Shown: positions 1-8,099, counted from the stretch's first letter. The stretch: DNA of 12,452 bases from Candidatus Pacearchaeota archaeon (GCA_018304325.1 JAGVWM010000010.1:1-12452); one strand, 5' to 3'. Translations and numbers: made by a program. Notes: generated from the letters alone by a model not told the origin.

Positions 1-68
1 GAAAACTTTTGTTAAAAAAGAAAAAGTGGTTGTTCTTCAAAAAAGACTTGGAGATTTTTAATCAAACG

Positions 69-89
69 CTGTGGGCTTTAGCCCATCAG
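69..89 (+). terminator. Short imperfect hairpin just downstream of a truncated upstream ORF (candidate 3'-end structure)
   Basis: ctg-tgggc / tta loop region / gccca-t-cag. A 5-bp perfect stem (72-76 with 81-85, loop tta-a 77-80) extends by 3 bp with one bulged T. It sits 8 nt after a TAA at 59-61 that closes an ORF open from the window start. It is followed only by a weak T-containing stretch. It shares the 12-mer gctgtggg[c/a]ttt with the 36-bp repeat at 165-200. Confidence 0.25.
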
Positions 90-164
90 TAGTTTACATT
101 TATGAACATAAAAAATTCAGAGAATTTTAATTCACATGGGTTAAAATCAGTTTAATTTTTATAA

Positions 165-200
165 AGTGAAGCTCCCAATCACAGCAAGCTGTGGGATTTC
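165..200 (+). repeat. 36-bp repeat, copy A (agtgaagctcccaatcacagcaagctgtgggatttc), perfect inverted partner at 9221-9256
   Basis: Its exact reverse complement occurs at 9221-9256 (36/36). There is an internal imperfect hairpin: tccca 173-177 pairs with tggga 192-196, and cagc 182-185 pairs with gctg 188-191. It is followed by atttcttttt (T-rich). The flank on the T-rich side is also partly similar between copies (tttttaattaa vs ctttcaattaa). Confidence 0.9.
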
Positions 201-532
201 TTTTTAATTAAAAAAAGAACATAGTAAATTGGTAGCAGACTACAATACCAGATGCTCAGAAACTAGATTTAAATATGAACGAGAAAGGCTGGCTTTAAAT
301 AATGCAGAAAAGCAGGAAATAGCATCAATTCGAAATCCACCTTCATTAGAAAGTATGATTTTATAATTCTAAGTTAATTTCTTAATTTTTAGGGAGTACC
401 TCAAAAATCCCGTTCAAGCAAAAAAATAGAAAGCTTTAAAAACCAACTTTTGATAATATTTAGTATTAGAAAGTTGTAAATACCCAAGCTCGTCAACTTT
501 TTTACAGTAAATACTTAACAATACTAGCTATA

Positions 533-736
533 ATGCACGCTCTTCAACCAAAACACTCAAAAATTAGCAAAAAAGATGAGGAATCTTTATTAAAAGGACT
601 AAATGTTTCTAAAACACAATTACCAAAAATAAGAAAAGAAGATGCTGCTTTACCAGAAAATTGTGAAACTGGAGATATAATTAAAATAGAGAGGAAAGAA
701 GAAGATTCTTTCATTTACTATAGGGTTGTTATTTAA
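533..736 (+). CDS. rpoH: DNA-directed RNA polymerase subunit H (Rpo5/Rpb5 C-terminal domain homologue)
   Basis: This 67-aa ORF reads HALQPKH...QLPKIRKEDAALPEN.ETGDIIKIERK...FIYYRVV. That fits the conserved RpoH pattern (H.LVPKH ... LPKI ... DP ... GD[IV][IV]KI.R.S ... YR.V). Its stop lies 1 nt before the rpoB ATG, the canonical position upstream of rpoB. Confidence 0.85.
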   Translation: MHALQPKHSKISKKDEESLLKGLNVSKTQLPKIRKEDAALPENCETGDIIKIERKEEDSFIYYRVVI

Positions 737-737
737 A

Positions 738-3700
738 ATGGGCTTTGGAAAGGGAGTTAAATTAAAATTGAAAGGTGATGAACATCTTATTTTGCAAAAA
801 TATTTATCTGAAAATTCTTTAGTTGGATCTAATTTAACTTCATTCAATAATTTTATCGATAGAAGAATGCAAGAAATTGTAGATGAAATATCTGAGCATA
901 TAGAAAATGATGATGGTTTGGAAATAAATCTTGGAAAAATAAGAGTTGGAAAACCAAATATTATTGAATCAGATGGATCAACAAGTCTGATTACTCCTGG
1001 AGAAGCAAGAATCAGAAATTTAACTTATTCTACACCAGTATTTCTGGAAATTTCTATAAAACAAGAAGGGCAGATTGAAAATCAAGAAGTTGAAATTGGT
1101 AGAATACCTATCATGGTTAAGAGCAAGGTTTGTAATTTAAATGGGATGTCAAAAGATGAGTTGGAACTTAATTATATGGATCCTATTGATCCTGGAGGAT
1201 ATTTTATAGTTAATGGAAATGAAAGAATTATGGTTATGTCTGAAGATCTTGCTGCAAATCAGCCATTTATCGAGCCTATTAAAGATAAATTAACACTAAG
1301 ATTATTTTCAAGCAGAGGAGCTTACAGAATACCTATAACAATAACTGAATCTAGCGAAGGAATAATTGAGGTTAGTTTTTCCAGATTTAAAAATATCCCT
1401 GCAGTTATATTAATGAAATCATTAGGAATGATAAAAGAAGCAGACATAGCCAAGCATATTGGTAAAGAAAATGATACTGTTATTGTTAACCTTTATGAAT
1501 TTGCAAAAGTATCAACAACTGAAGATGCTATGCTTGAAATAGCTGAGAAAACGAGTGTTCAGGGGACGAAGAAAGAAATTCTTGACAGAATAAAACAAAG
1601 ATTAGACTCTTATTTTCTTCCACATATTGGTTTAAAAAAAGAAAAAAGAATTGACAAAGCAATAACACTTTGTAAATTAATAAAACAATTTCTAATATTT
1701 AAAGAAAATGAAAAATTAAGAGTTGATAAAGATCATTATGCTAATAAAAGAGTTAGATTATCTGGAGATTTGCTTTCTGACTTATTTAGAGTTAATCTTA
1801 ATATTTTAGTTAGAGATATAAAATACTCTCTTCAAAAGACAATAAAGAGAAAGAAATTCTTTAGTATTAAGACAATTGCTAAATCAACTTTATTTTCTCA
1901 CAGAATAAAATCTGCCATTGCAACAGGTAGCTGGATTGGTGAAAAGAAAGGAGTTACTCAGAATATGGACAAGACAAATTACATGTCAATTATATCTCAA
2001 TTACAGAAAGTTTCTAGTTCATTATCTGGAGAACAGACAAATTTCGCAGCAAGAACATTACATCCGACACATTATGGAAGATTCTGCCCTGTTGAAACTC
2101 CTGAAGGAACTGAAATAGGATTAAGGAAAAATCTTGCACTTATGTCTAAAATTTCAACTAGACTTGATTTAGATGAAGAACAATTAGTTAAGGAATTGGA
2201 AAAACTTGGTATGAAAAAAGAAGGAGATGGTGTAGATGTATTTTTTAATGGAATATATATTGGAGGTGCTGAAAATTATAAAGATTTTACTGAACAAGTT
2301 AGAAATAAAAGAAGGGAACTAAAACTTCCTGATGAACTAAGTATAAGGTATGATAAACAAATCAACAGCATACTAATACTTGGAGATATTGGTAGAGTTT
2401 TGAGACCTTTAATTATTGTAAAAAATGGTAAACCTCTGCTTGATGATTCACATATAGAATCTTTGAAAAATGGAAGTTTAACTTGGAAAGGTTTGTTAGA
2501 ACATGGGATAGTTGAATATATCGACGCTTCTGAAGAAGAAAACTGCTTAGTATCAATAACTAAAGATAAACTTACAAATGAAAATACTCATCTTGAAATA
2601 GATAAAATTGCTTTCCTTGGACCAATTACATCTTTAGTTTCTTTTGGAAATCATGACCAGTCTTCAAGACTTATAAGGGGAAGTAAAACACAAAAACAGG
2701 GACTTGGATTATATGCTGCAAATTATTTATGCAGGGTTGACACAGATGTTTCTATTTTACACTATCCACAACAACCAATTGTCAGAAGTTTTGTTTATGA
2801 TGCATTAAATGCATATCCTGTTGGAGAAAATATTGTCGTTGCAGTAATGACTTATGATGGTTATAATATGGAAGATGCTTTAGTTATAAACAAAGCAAGT
2901 ATAGACAGAGGATTTGGAAGAAGTACATACTTTAGACCTTATGTTTCAGTAGAACTTAATTATGCAGGAGGATTAGCTGATGAAATTATTATTCCTGGAA
3001 AAGATGTTTCTGGTTATAGGACTGAAGAGTCATATAAGTATTTGGAAGATGATGGAGTTGTTTATCCTGAAGCTAAATTAGAATCTGGAGATGTTGTTAT
3101 CGGTAAAACTTCTCCTCCTAAATTCCTTTCAGAAGCTAAAGATATTAGTATAAAAGCAAAAAAAGAAGCAAGTTCAGTTATAAGACAGGAAGAAAGTGGA
3201 GTAATTGACGGCGTATTCATAACACTAGATGAAGATGGGAATAAAATTGTCCAAGTTAGAACAAGAGATCCTAGAATACCTGAATTAGGAGATAAATTCT
3301 CAACAGCTCACGGACAGAAAGGAGTTATAGGTGCTATTGTTCCTGAAGATGATATTCCTTTTACATCAAGAGGAATGAGACCTGATTTGATATTTAATCC
3401 TCATGGTATCCCATCAAGAATGACTGTAGGATATTTATTAGAGTTACTTACTGGAAAAATTGGTTGCTTAAAGGGAGAAATTATGGATGGAACATCATTT
3501 GGAACAAGAGATATTGATAATCTTGAAGAGCAGCTAAGAGGTTTAGGATTTAGATATGATGGAAAAGAAACAATGTATCATGGAGTTACTGGAAAAAGAA
3601 TGACTGCTAAAATTTATATTGGTAATATGTATTATTTGAAATTAAAATATATGGTAAGTAATAAAATGCATGCACGTGCATCTGGAAAAGTTGCTTTACT

Positions 3701-4022
3701 TACTAGACAGCCAATTGAAGGAAGGGCAAGAGGAGGAGCATTAAGACTTGGAGAAATGGAGCAGCAAGCATTAGTTGCACATGGAGCTTCTTTATTATTA
3801 AAAGAAAGATATGATTCTGATAAAGTAATAATTCACATTTGTGAAAACTGTGGAGCTTTAGGAATTAAAGATACGTTAAGAAATAAAACATATTGTCCCT
3901 CTTGTGGAAGTAATGAAATAGAAGAAGTAGAAGTGTCTTATGCATTCAAATTACTTGCAGAAGAATTATTAGGATTACATATAAATACTGAGTTCGAACT
4001 AAAGAACAAATATGAAGAATAA
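738..4022 (+). CDS. rpoB: DNA-directed RNA polymerase subunit B, unsplit (1094 aa)
   Basis: The ORF-track start at 726 is a TTG overlapping rpoH. The first ATG at 738 gives MGFGKG...SLVGSNLTSFNNFI, which aligns with archaeal RpoB N-termini. Hallmark motifs are GDKFSTAHGQKGV, PDLIFNPHGIPSRMTVG and TRQPIEGRARGGALRLGEME, plus a C-terminal Zn ribbon CENCG...CPSCG. It is one continuous ORF with no B'/B'' split. Confidence 0.95.
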   Translation: MGFGKGVKLKLKGDEHLILQKYLSENSLVGSNLTSFNNFIDRRMQEIVDEISEHIENDDGLEINLGKIRVGKPNIIESDGSTSLITPGEARIRNLTYSTPVFLEISIKQEGQIENQEVEIGRIPIMVKSKVCNLNGMSKDELELNYMDPIDPGGYFIVNGNERIMVMSEDLAANQPFIEPIKDKLTLRLFSSRGAYRIPITITESSEGIIEVSFSRFKNIPAVILMKSLGMIKEADIAKHIGKENDTVIVNLYEFAKVSTTEDAMLEIAEKTSVQGTKKEILDRIKQRLDSYFLPHIGLKKEKRIDKAITLCKLIKQFLIFKENEKLRVDKDHYANKRVRLSGDLLSDLFRVNLNILVRDIKYSLQKTIKRKKFFSIKTIAKSTLFSHRIKSAIATGSWIGEKKGVTQNMDKTNYMSIISQLQKVSSSLSGEQTNFAARTLHPTHYGRFCPVETPEGTEIGLRKNLALMSKISTRLDLDEEQLVKELEKLGMKKEGDGVDVFFNGIYIGGAENYKDFTEQVRNKRRELKLPDELSIRYDKQINSILILGDIGRVLRPLIIVKNGKPLLDDSHIESLKNGSLTWKGLLEHGIVEYIDASEEENCLVSITKDKLTNENTHLEIDKIAFLGPITSLVSFGNHDQSSRLIRGSKTQKQGLGLYAANYLCRVDTDVSILHYPQQPIVRSFVYDALNAYPVGENIVVAVMTYDGYNMEDALVINKASIDRGFGRSTYFRPYVSVELNYAGGLADEIIIPGKDVSGYRTEESYKYLEDDGVVYPEAKLESGDVVIGKTSPPKFLSEAKDISIKAKKEASSVIRQEESGVIDGVFITLDEDGNKIVQVRTRDPRIPELGDKFSTAHGQKGVIGAIVPEDDIPFTSRGMRPDLIFNPHGIPSRMTVGYLLELLTGKIGCLKGEIMDGTSFGTRDIDNLEEQLRGLGFRYDGKETMYHGVTGKRMTAKIYIGNMYYLKLKYMVSNKMHARASGKVALLTRQPIEGRARGGALRLGEMEQQALVAHGASLLLKERYDSDKVIIHICENCGALGIKDTLRNKTYCPSCGSNEIEEVEVSYAFKLLAEELLGLHINTEFELKNKYEE

Positions 4023-4162
4023 ACCTTTTAACGAAAAGGTTTCCAAAATACTTTTAAAAAAGTAATAAAAGAAAGATAAACCTTTTAACGAAAAGGTTTC
4101 CAAAATACTTTTAAAAAAGTAACAAAAGAAAGATAAACCTTTTAACGAAAAGGTTTCCAAAA
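4021..4162. repeat. Tandem repeat, 57-bp period, about 2.5 units (starts 4021, 4078, 4135)
   Basis: Units 1 and 2 differ at one position (T4066 vs C4123). Unit 3 matches through 4162 and then diverges. Every unit carries palindrome P1, aaacctttt-aacg-aaaaggttt (9-bp arms, 4-nt spacer, e.g. 4021-4042). Full units also carry P2, tactttt-aa-aaaagta (7-bp arms, e.g. 4049-4064). The rpoB stop codon (4020-4022) overlaps the first unit. Confidence 0.95.
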
Positions 4163-4206
4163 CAAACGAACTGAAAAATAAAACTAAATAGAAAAAATAA
4201 AGTAAA

Positions 4207-4422
4207 ATGAGAGACATATATTATGGAATGAAAAATAAAAATCTTTACTTAATGTTAGTTATAGACTTTATATTAATTATTATAGGGATATTAATATCAT
4301 TGCTTTATGATAAGAATATTGGACTTTTAATAGTAATATTTTTTGCAGGTAATGGATTTGTATTATTAGAAATTTGGCAAATGGACATTAAATTTAATTC
4401 AAAAAATAGGATAAAAAAATAA
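4207..4422 (+). CDS. Small hypothetical membrane protein (71 aa, two predicted TM helices)
   Basis: Two hydrophobic stretches are present: LYLMLVIDFILIIIGILISLLY and IGLLIVIFFAGNGFVLLEIW. Its stop lies 1 nt before the next ORF's ATG, so the genes are tightly packed. I recognise no family. Confidence 0.5.
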   Translation: MRDIYYGMKNKNLYLMLVIDFILIIIGILISLLYDKNIGLLIVIFFAGNGFVLLEIWQMDIKFNSKNRIKK

Positions 4423-4423
4423 A

Positions 4424-4615
4424 ATGAATGAAGGAATTGAAGGAATAAAAACAAGAGAAGAAGGAGATAGAGAAGGAGTATATGTTTCAGGAGAATGTCC
4501 TGAAATTGATGCTAGCTGTATTTGTATAAGAAATCATGAAATATACACACAAGTTTGCCTGGGAAATTATGAAACTTGCCCAATATATGCTTTAAATTCA
4601 GGAGTAATGAGATAA
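4424..4615 (+). CDS. Small hypothetical cysteine-rich protein (63 aa; C-x6-C-x-C-x10-C-x6-C)
   Basis: Cysteines are at residues 25, 32, 34, 45 and 52, after an acidic/glycine-rich N-terminus. It starts 1 nt after the previous stop and ends 2 nt before the rpoA ATG at 4618. It has no CxxC pairs, so it does not look like RpoP, RpoN, Spt4 or TFS. Family not recognised. Confidence 0.45.
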   Translation: MNEGIEGIKTREEGDREGVYVSGECPEIDASCICIRNHEIYTQVCLGNYETCPIYALNSGVMR

Positions 4616-4617
4616 AA

Positions 4618-7600
4618 ATGCATGCAGTAAAAAAACAAGTTAGAGCATTAAGATTCAAATTACTTAGTCCTGACCAGATTAAAAAAATTTCATGTGCTAA
4701 GATAATTACTCCTGAACTTTATGATATGGATGGTTATCCTGTAGATGGAGGATTAATGGATTTAAGATTAGGAGCTATTGATCCTGGAGTAAGATGTAGA
4801 ACTTGTGGAGGTCGTTTGAAGGAGTGTTTAGGACATCCTGGAAGTATTGAACTTGCACGTCCTGTTGTTCATGTAAAATATATTCCAATTGTTTATACAT
4901 TTTTAAGAAGTTTCTGCCAACATTGTGGAAAAATACTTATTGATGAAAAAAATATTGAAAAACTTGGACCAGCTGCAAGATTAAAAAAAGCAAAAGATGG
5001 AAAAAAATGTCCCCATTGTCAATCTCCTCAAGAAAAAATAAAACTTGAAAAGCCAACAAATTTTATAATAGGTAAAAAAAGATTATTTCCTCCAGAAGTA
5101 AGAGAGCTTCTTGAAAGAATACCTGATGAAGATCTTAGACTGGTTGGTGTTAATCCTAAAGAATTCCGTCCTGAATGGGGAGTATTAACTGTGCTATTAG
5201 TTCCTTCAGTTACTGTAAGACCAAGTATTACTCTTGATAGTGGTGAGAGAAGTGAAGATGATTTAACTCATAAATTAGGAGATATTATAAGAGCTAATCA
5301 AAGACTTTGGGAAAACCTTAATGCAGGAGCTCCAGAAGTTATTATTGATGATTTATGGGATTTATTACAATATCATGTTACAACATTTTTTGATAATACA
5401 ATATCAAGAATACCTCCAGCAAGACATAGATCTGGACAGCCACTAAAGACTATTACTGAAAGAATAAAAGGAAAAGAAGGAAGAATAAGAAATAATCTTG
5501 CAGGTAAGAGAGTTAATTTTTCATCTAGAACAGTAATTTCTCCAGATCCTTCATTAAGAATAAATGAAGTGGGAATACCTTTTGAAATTGCTAAAGTTCT
5601 TACAGTTAATGAAGAAGTTACATCATTAAATATTGAAAAGTTAAGAAAATTAATCTCTAGTGAAGGTTATCCTGGAGCTAACTATATAATAAGACCTGAT
5701 GGAAGAAGAAAAAAAATTAGTTTAGAATTAAAACAGGAAATAATAGAAGAAATTAAACCGGGATATTTTGTTGAAAGACATTTACAAGATGGAGATGTTG
5801 TTTTATTTAACAGACACCCAAGTCTTCATAGAGGAAGTTTAATGGCGCACTATGCTAAAATACTACCTTATAGAACATTTAGATTACATCCTGCAGTAGT
5901 ATTTCCATATAACGCAGACTTTGATGGAGATGAAATGAATGTTCATGTTCCACAAACTGAAGAAGCAAGAGCAGAAGCAAGAATTTTACTCGATGTAAAC
6001 AATAACTTAATGAGTCCAAAAAATAATACAAATTTAATTGGAACTATTTCAGATGCTATTACAGGAAATTATTTACTTGGAACAACTGAAATTTCTAAAG
6101 GAGATGCTCATCAGCTTCTTTTCACTTCAGGAGTATTAGTTCAATTCAGTAAGGATAAAATAAATGGAAAAGAGGTTTTCACAAGTATATTCCCTCCTAT
6201 AAACAAAGCTATAATAAATGAGGTTACAAAGAGTAACTTAACTGATGAATATACTTTTGGAGTTGAAAATGATAAAACAACCAAGATAATTGACAGAGAA
6301 TTAGGAAGAGAAAAAGCTATGGAAACAATTGGTAAAGCTTTTACTCTTGGAACTAAATATCTTTCAAAAGTTGGTTATACAATTTCATTAAATGACTTAA
6401 ATGTGTTAAGTAGTGTTAAAAAAACAACTGATGAAGTTATCAAAGAGGGAGAAGATAAAACAAATAAAATAATTGAAGATTATAATGGTGGCACAATGGA
6501 AGTTATCCCAGGAAAAACGCCTGAAGAAACAAGAGAAATTAAAATACTTCAGTCTTTAAATGAAGTAAGAACAAAAATAGGTAAAATTGTAAAAAATGAA
6601 TTCCCTAAGGACAATCCTGTTAATAGTATGATAATTTCTGGAGCAGGAGGTAATATACTTAATATTACACAGATAGCTTGTTCAGTTGGACAGCAGTCTT
6701 TATGGAGTGAAAGAATTAAGTTTGGTTATACTAACAGAACATTATCTTCATTTAAGGAAAATGACTTATCTCCAAGAGCAAGAGGATTTATTTACAGCTC
6801 ATATATGAAAGGTCTTGATCCAGATGAATTTTTCTTTAATGCTATAACTGGAAGAGATGGTCTAATGGATACTGCACTTAGAACACCTAAGTCAGGGTAT
6901 TTATATAGAAGATTAGCTAATGCACTTCAAGATTTAAGAGTTGAGTATGATGGAACTGTAAGAGATGCAATTGGACAGATAATACAATTCAAATATGGAG
7001 ATGATGGTATTGCAGTTCAAGGAGCACACCTTAAACAACAAATATCTCCTGGAGAAGCTATAGGAATAATCACTGCTCAAAGCTTTGGAGAACCTTCTAC
7101 ACAGATGGCTCTTAATGTATTCCACTTTGCAGGAGTTCAGGAAATGCAGATTACACTTGGACTTCCTAGATTAATAGAAATATTTGATGCAAGGAAAACA
7201 CCTTCTACTCCTGCTATGGAGATTTATCTCGATAAGGACTTCAATGATGAGAAAAATGCTAAGTTAACTGCTGAAAAAATAAAAGAAGTTAAACTTAAAG
7301 AAATACTTACAGAAGCAAATATTAATTTCTCTGATAAAAAAATAGAATTAGTAATAAATAATAAAGCACTAAAAACAACACATATGTCTTTAGAAACAAT
7401 TGCAAACAAGTTAAAGACAAAAACTCTTAAAATAAATGTAAAAAGTGATTCTATGTCAATAAATGCTGGAGATTTAGATTTCAAAGAGATGTATAAACTG
7501 AAAGAAAGGATGAAAGAAACAATAATCTCTGGAGTAAAGGGGATACAACAAGTACTTATTGTAAAGAGAGGAACTAACTTTATTATACTAACTGCAGGAT

Positions 7601-8079
7601 CTAACCTTAAAGAAATAATGGAATTAAAGGGAATTAATAGAGATAAAACAACTACAAATGATTTATATGAAGTTCAGGATGTTTTAGGTATAGAAGCTGC
7701 AAGACGGGCAATTATAAATGAAATTGATAGAGTTCTAAACTCTCAAGGATTAGATATTGATAAAAGACATCTTAAATTAGTTGCAGATGCTATGTCTGTT
7801 GATGGAGAAATAAGAGGAATGACAAGAATGGGTATAATTTCCAAGAAATCAAGTATTTTAGCAAGAGCAAGTTTTGAAACTCCTATAAAACATTTTGTAG
7901 ATGCAACAATAAAAGGTAGAAGAGATGAATTACTTTCTGTTATTGAAAATATAATCTTAAATCAACCTGTTCCAGTTGGTACTGGTCTTCCTGGATTAAT
8001 GGTTAAAATTACAGGGCCACTAGTACAAGAGAAAGATATGAAAAAAGAAAAGAAAGAATCTAAAAATAAATCTAAGTAA
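4618..8079 (+). CDS. rpoA: DNA-directed RNA polymerase largest subunit, A' and A'' portions fused in one ORF (1153 aa)
   Basis: The ORF-track start at 4576 is a TTG extension overlapping the upstream ORF. The ATG at 4618 gives MHAVKKQVRALRFKLLSPDQIKK, a typical A' N-terminus. N-terminal Zn motifs are CRTCGG...C.GH and CQHCG...CPHC. The catalytic NADFDGDEMN lies at 5911-5940. The bridge helix is GRDGLMDTALRTPKSGYLYRRL and the trigger loop is AQSFGEPSTQMALNVFHFAGV. A''-type C-terminal motifs are GIEAARRAIINEI and SILARASFE. No stop occurs between the A'-type and A''-type parts. The C-terminal tail is Lys-rich (KKEKKESKNKSK). Confidence 0.95.
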   Translation: MHAVKKQVRALRFKLLSPDQIKKISCAKIITPELYDMDGYPVDGGLMDLRLGAIDPGVRCRTCGGRLKECLGHPGSIELARPVVHVKYIPIVYTFLRSFCQHCGKILIDEKNIEKLGPAARLKKAKDGKKCPHCQSPQEKIKLEKPTNFIIGKKRLFPPEVRELLERIPDEDLRLVGVNPKEFRPEWGVLTVLLVPSVTVRPSITLDSGERSEDDLTHKLGDIIRANQRLWENLNAGAPEVIIDDLWDLLQYHVTTFFDNTISRIPPARHRSGQPLKTITERIKGKEGRIRNNLAGKRVNFSSRTVISPDPSLRINEVGIPFEIAKVLTVNEEVTSLNIEKLRKLISSEGYPGANYIIRPDGRRKKISLELKQEIIEEIKPGYFVERHLQDGDVVLFNRHPSLHRGSLMAHYAKILPYRTFRLHPAVVFPYNADFDGDEMNVHVPQTEEARAEARILLDVNNNLMSPKNNTNLIGTISDAITGNYLLGTTEISKGDAHQLLFTSGVLVQFSKDKINGKEVFTSIFPPINKAIINEVTKSNLTDEYTFGVENDKTTKIIDRELGREKAMETIGKAFTLGTKYLSKVGYTISLNDLNVLSSVKKTTDEVIKEGEDKTNKIIEDYNGGTMEVIPGKTPEETREIKILQSLNEVRTKIGKIVKNEFPKDNPVNSMIISGAGGNILNITQIACSVGQQSLWSERIKFGYTNRTLSSFKENDLSPRARGFIYSSYMKGLDPDEFFFNAITGRDGLMDTALRTPKSGYLYRRLANALQDLRVEYDGTVRDAIGQIIQFKYGDDGIAVQGAHLKQQISPGEAIGIITAQSFGEPSTQMALNVFHFAGVQEMQITLGLPRLIEIFDARKTPSTPAMEIYLDKDFNDEKNAKLTAEKIKEVKLKEILTEANINFSDKKIELVINNKALKTTHMSLETIANKLKTKTLKINVKSDSMSINAGDLDFKEMYKLKERMKETIISGVKGIQQVLIVKRGTNFIILTAGSNLKEIMELKGINRDKTTTNDLYEVQDVLGIEAARRAIINEIDRVLNSQGLDIDKRHLKLVADAMSVDGEIRGMTRMGIISKKSSILARASFETPIKHFVDATIKGRRDELLSVIENIILNQPVPVGTGLPGLMVKITGPLVQEKDMKKEKKESKNKSK

Positions 8080-8089
8080 CTGCGATATG

Positions 8090-8099
8090 TTTATAAATA
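8090..8099 (+). promoter_or_regulatory. TATA-box-like element (tttataaata) upstream of the 54-aa ORF and nusA
   Basis: It closely matches the archaeal TATA consensus TTTAWATA. It is intergenic, about 60 nt upstream of the ATG at 8158. Such strings are common by chance in AT-rich DNA. Confidence 0.25.

Noticed and set aside
2-61. Open frame from the window edge to the TAA at 59-61 (KTFVKKEKVVVLQKRLGDF)
   Set aside because: Only 19 codons are visible, too few to call a CDS or a product. I mention it only as context for the downstream hairpins.
229-366. 45-codon open frame (TTG start) encoding ...RFKYERERLALNNAEKQEIASIRNPPSLESMIL
   Set aside because: It has no ATG start, no recognisable family and no RBS. 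It could be a gene remnant, but I cannot support it.
421-532. Promoter for rpoH (ctttaaaaa at 434-442 with the purine-rich agaaag upstream, or cttttttac at 498-506 implying a leaderless mRNA)
   Set aside because: Several TATA-like strings occur in this AT-rich spacer and I cannot discriminate among them without transcript start data.
726-737. TTG start for rpoB in the ORF track, and likewise the TTG at 4576 for rpoA
   Set aside because: These extensions overlap the preceding ORFs and add non-conserved residues. The first ATGs (738 and 4618) sit 1-2 nt after the upstream stops and give N-termini that align with archaeal RpoB and RpoA.
650-847. 65-aa minus-strand ORF
   Set aside because: It is antisense to the conserved rpoH/rpoB junction and has a low-complexity composition. 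It is a typical shadow ORF in AT-rich coding DNA.
1918-2118. 66-aa + strand ORF in an alternative frame inside rpoB
   Set aside because: It lies entirely within a highly conserved part of rpoB in another frame, with no independent support.
3999-4217. 72-aa minus-strand ORF with the reiterated peptide FFKSILETFSLKGLSFF
   Set aside because: It is simply the reverse-frame reading of the 57-bp tandem repeat. It overlaps the rpoB 3' end and the start of the next ORF, and the internal repetition is a DNA-repeat artefact.
6934-7484. Two minus-strand ORFs (63 aa at 6934-7125 and 86 aa at 7224-7484)
   Set aside because: Both are antisense to rpoA, including the trigger-loop region, so they are shadow ORFs.
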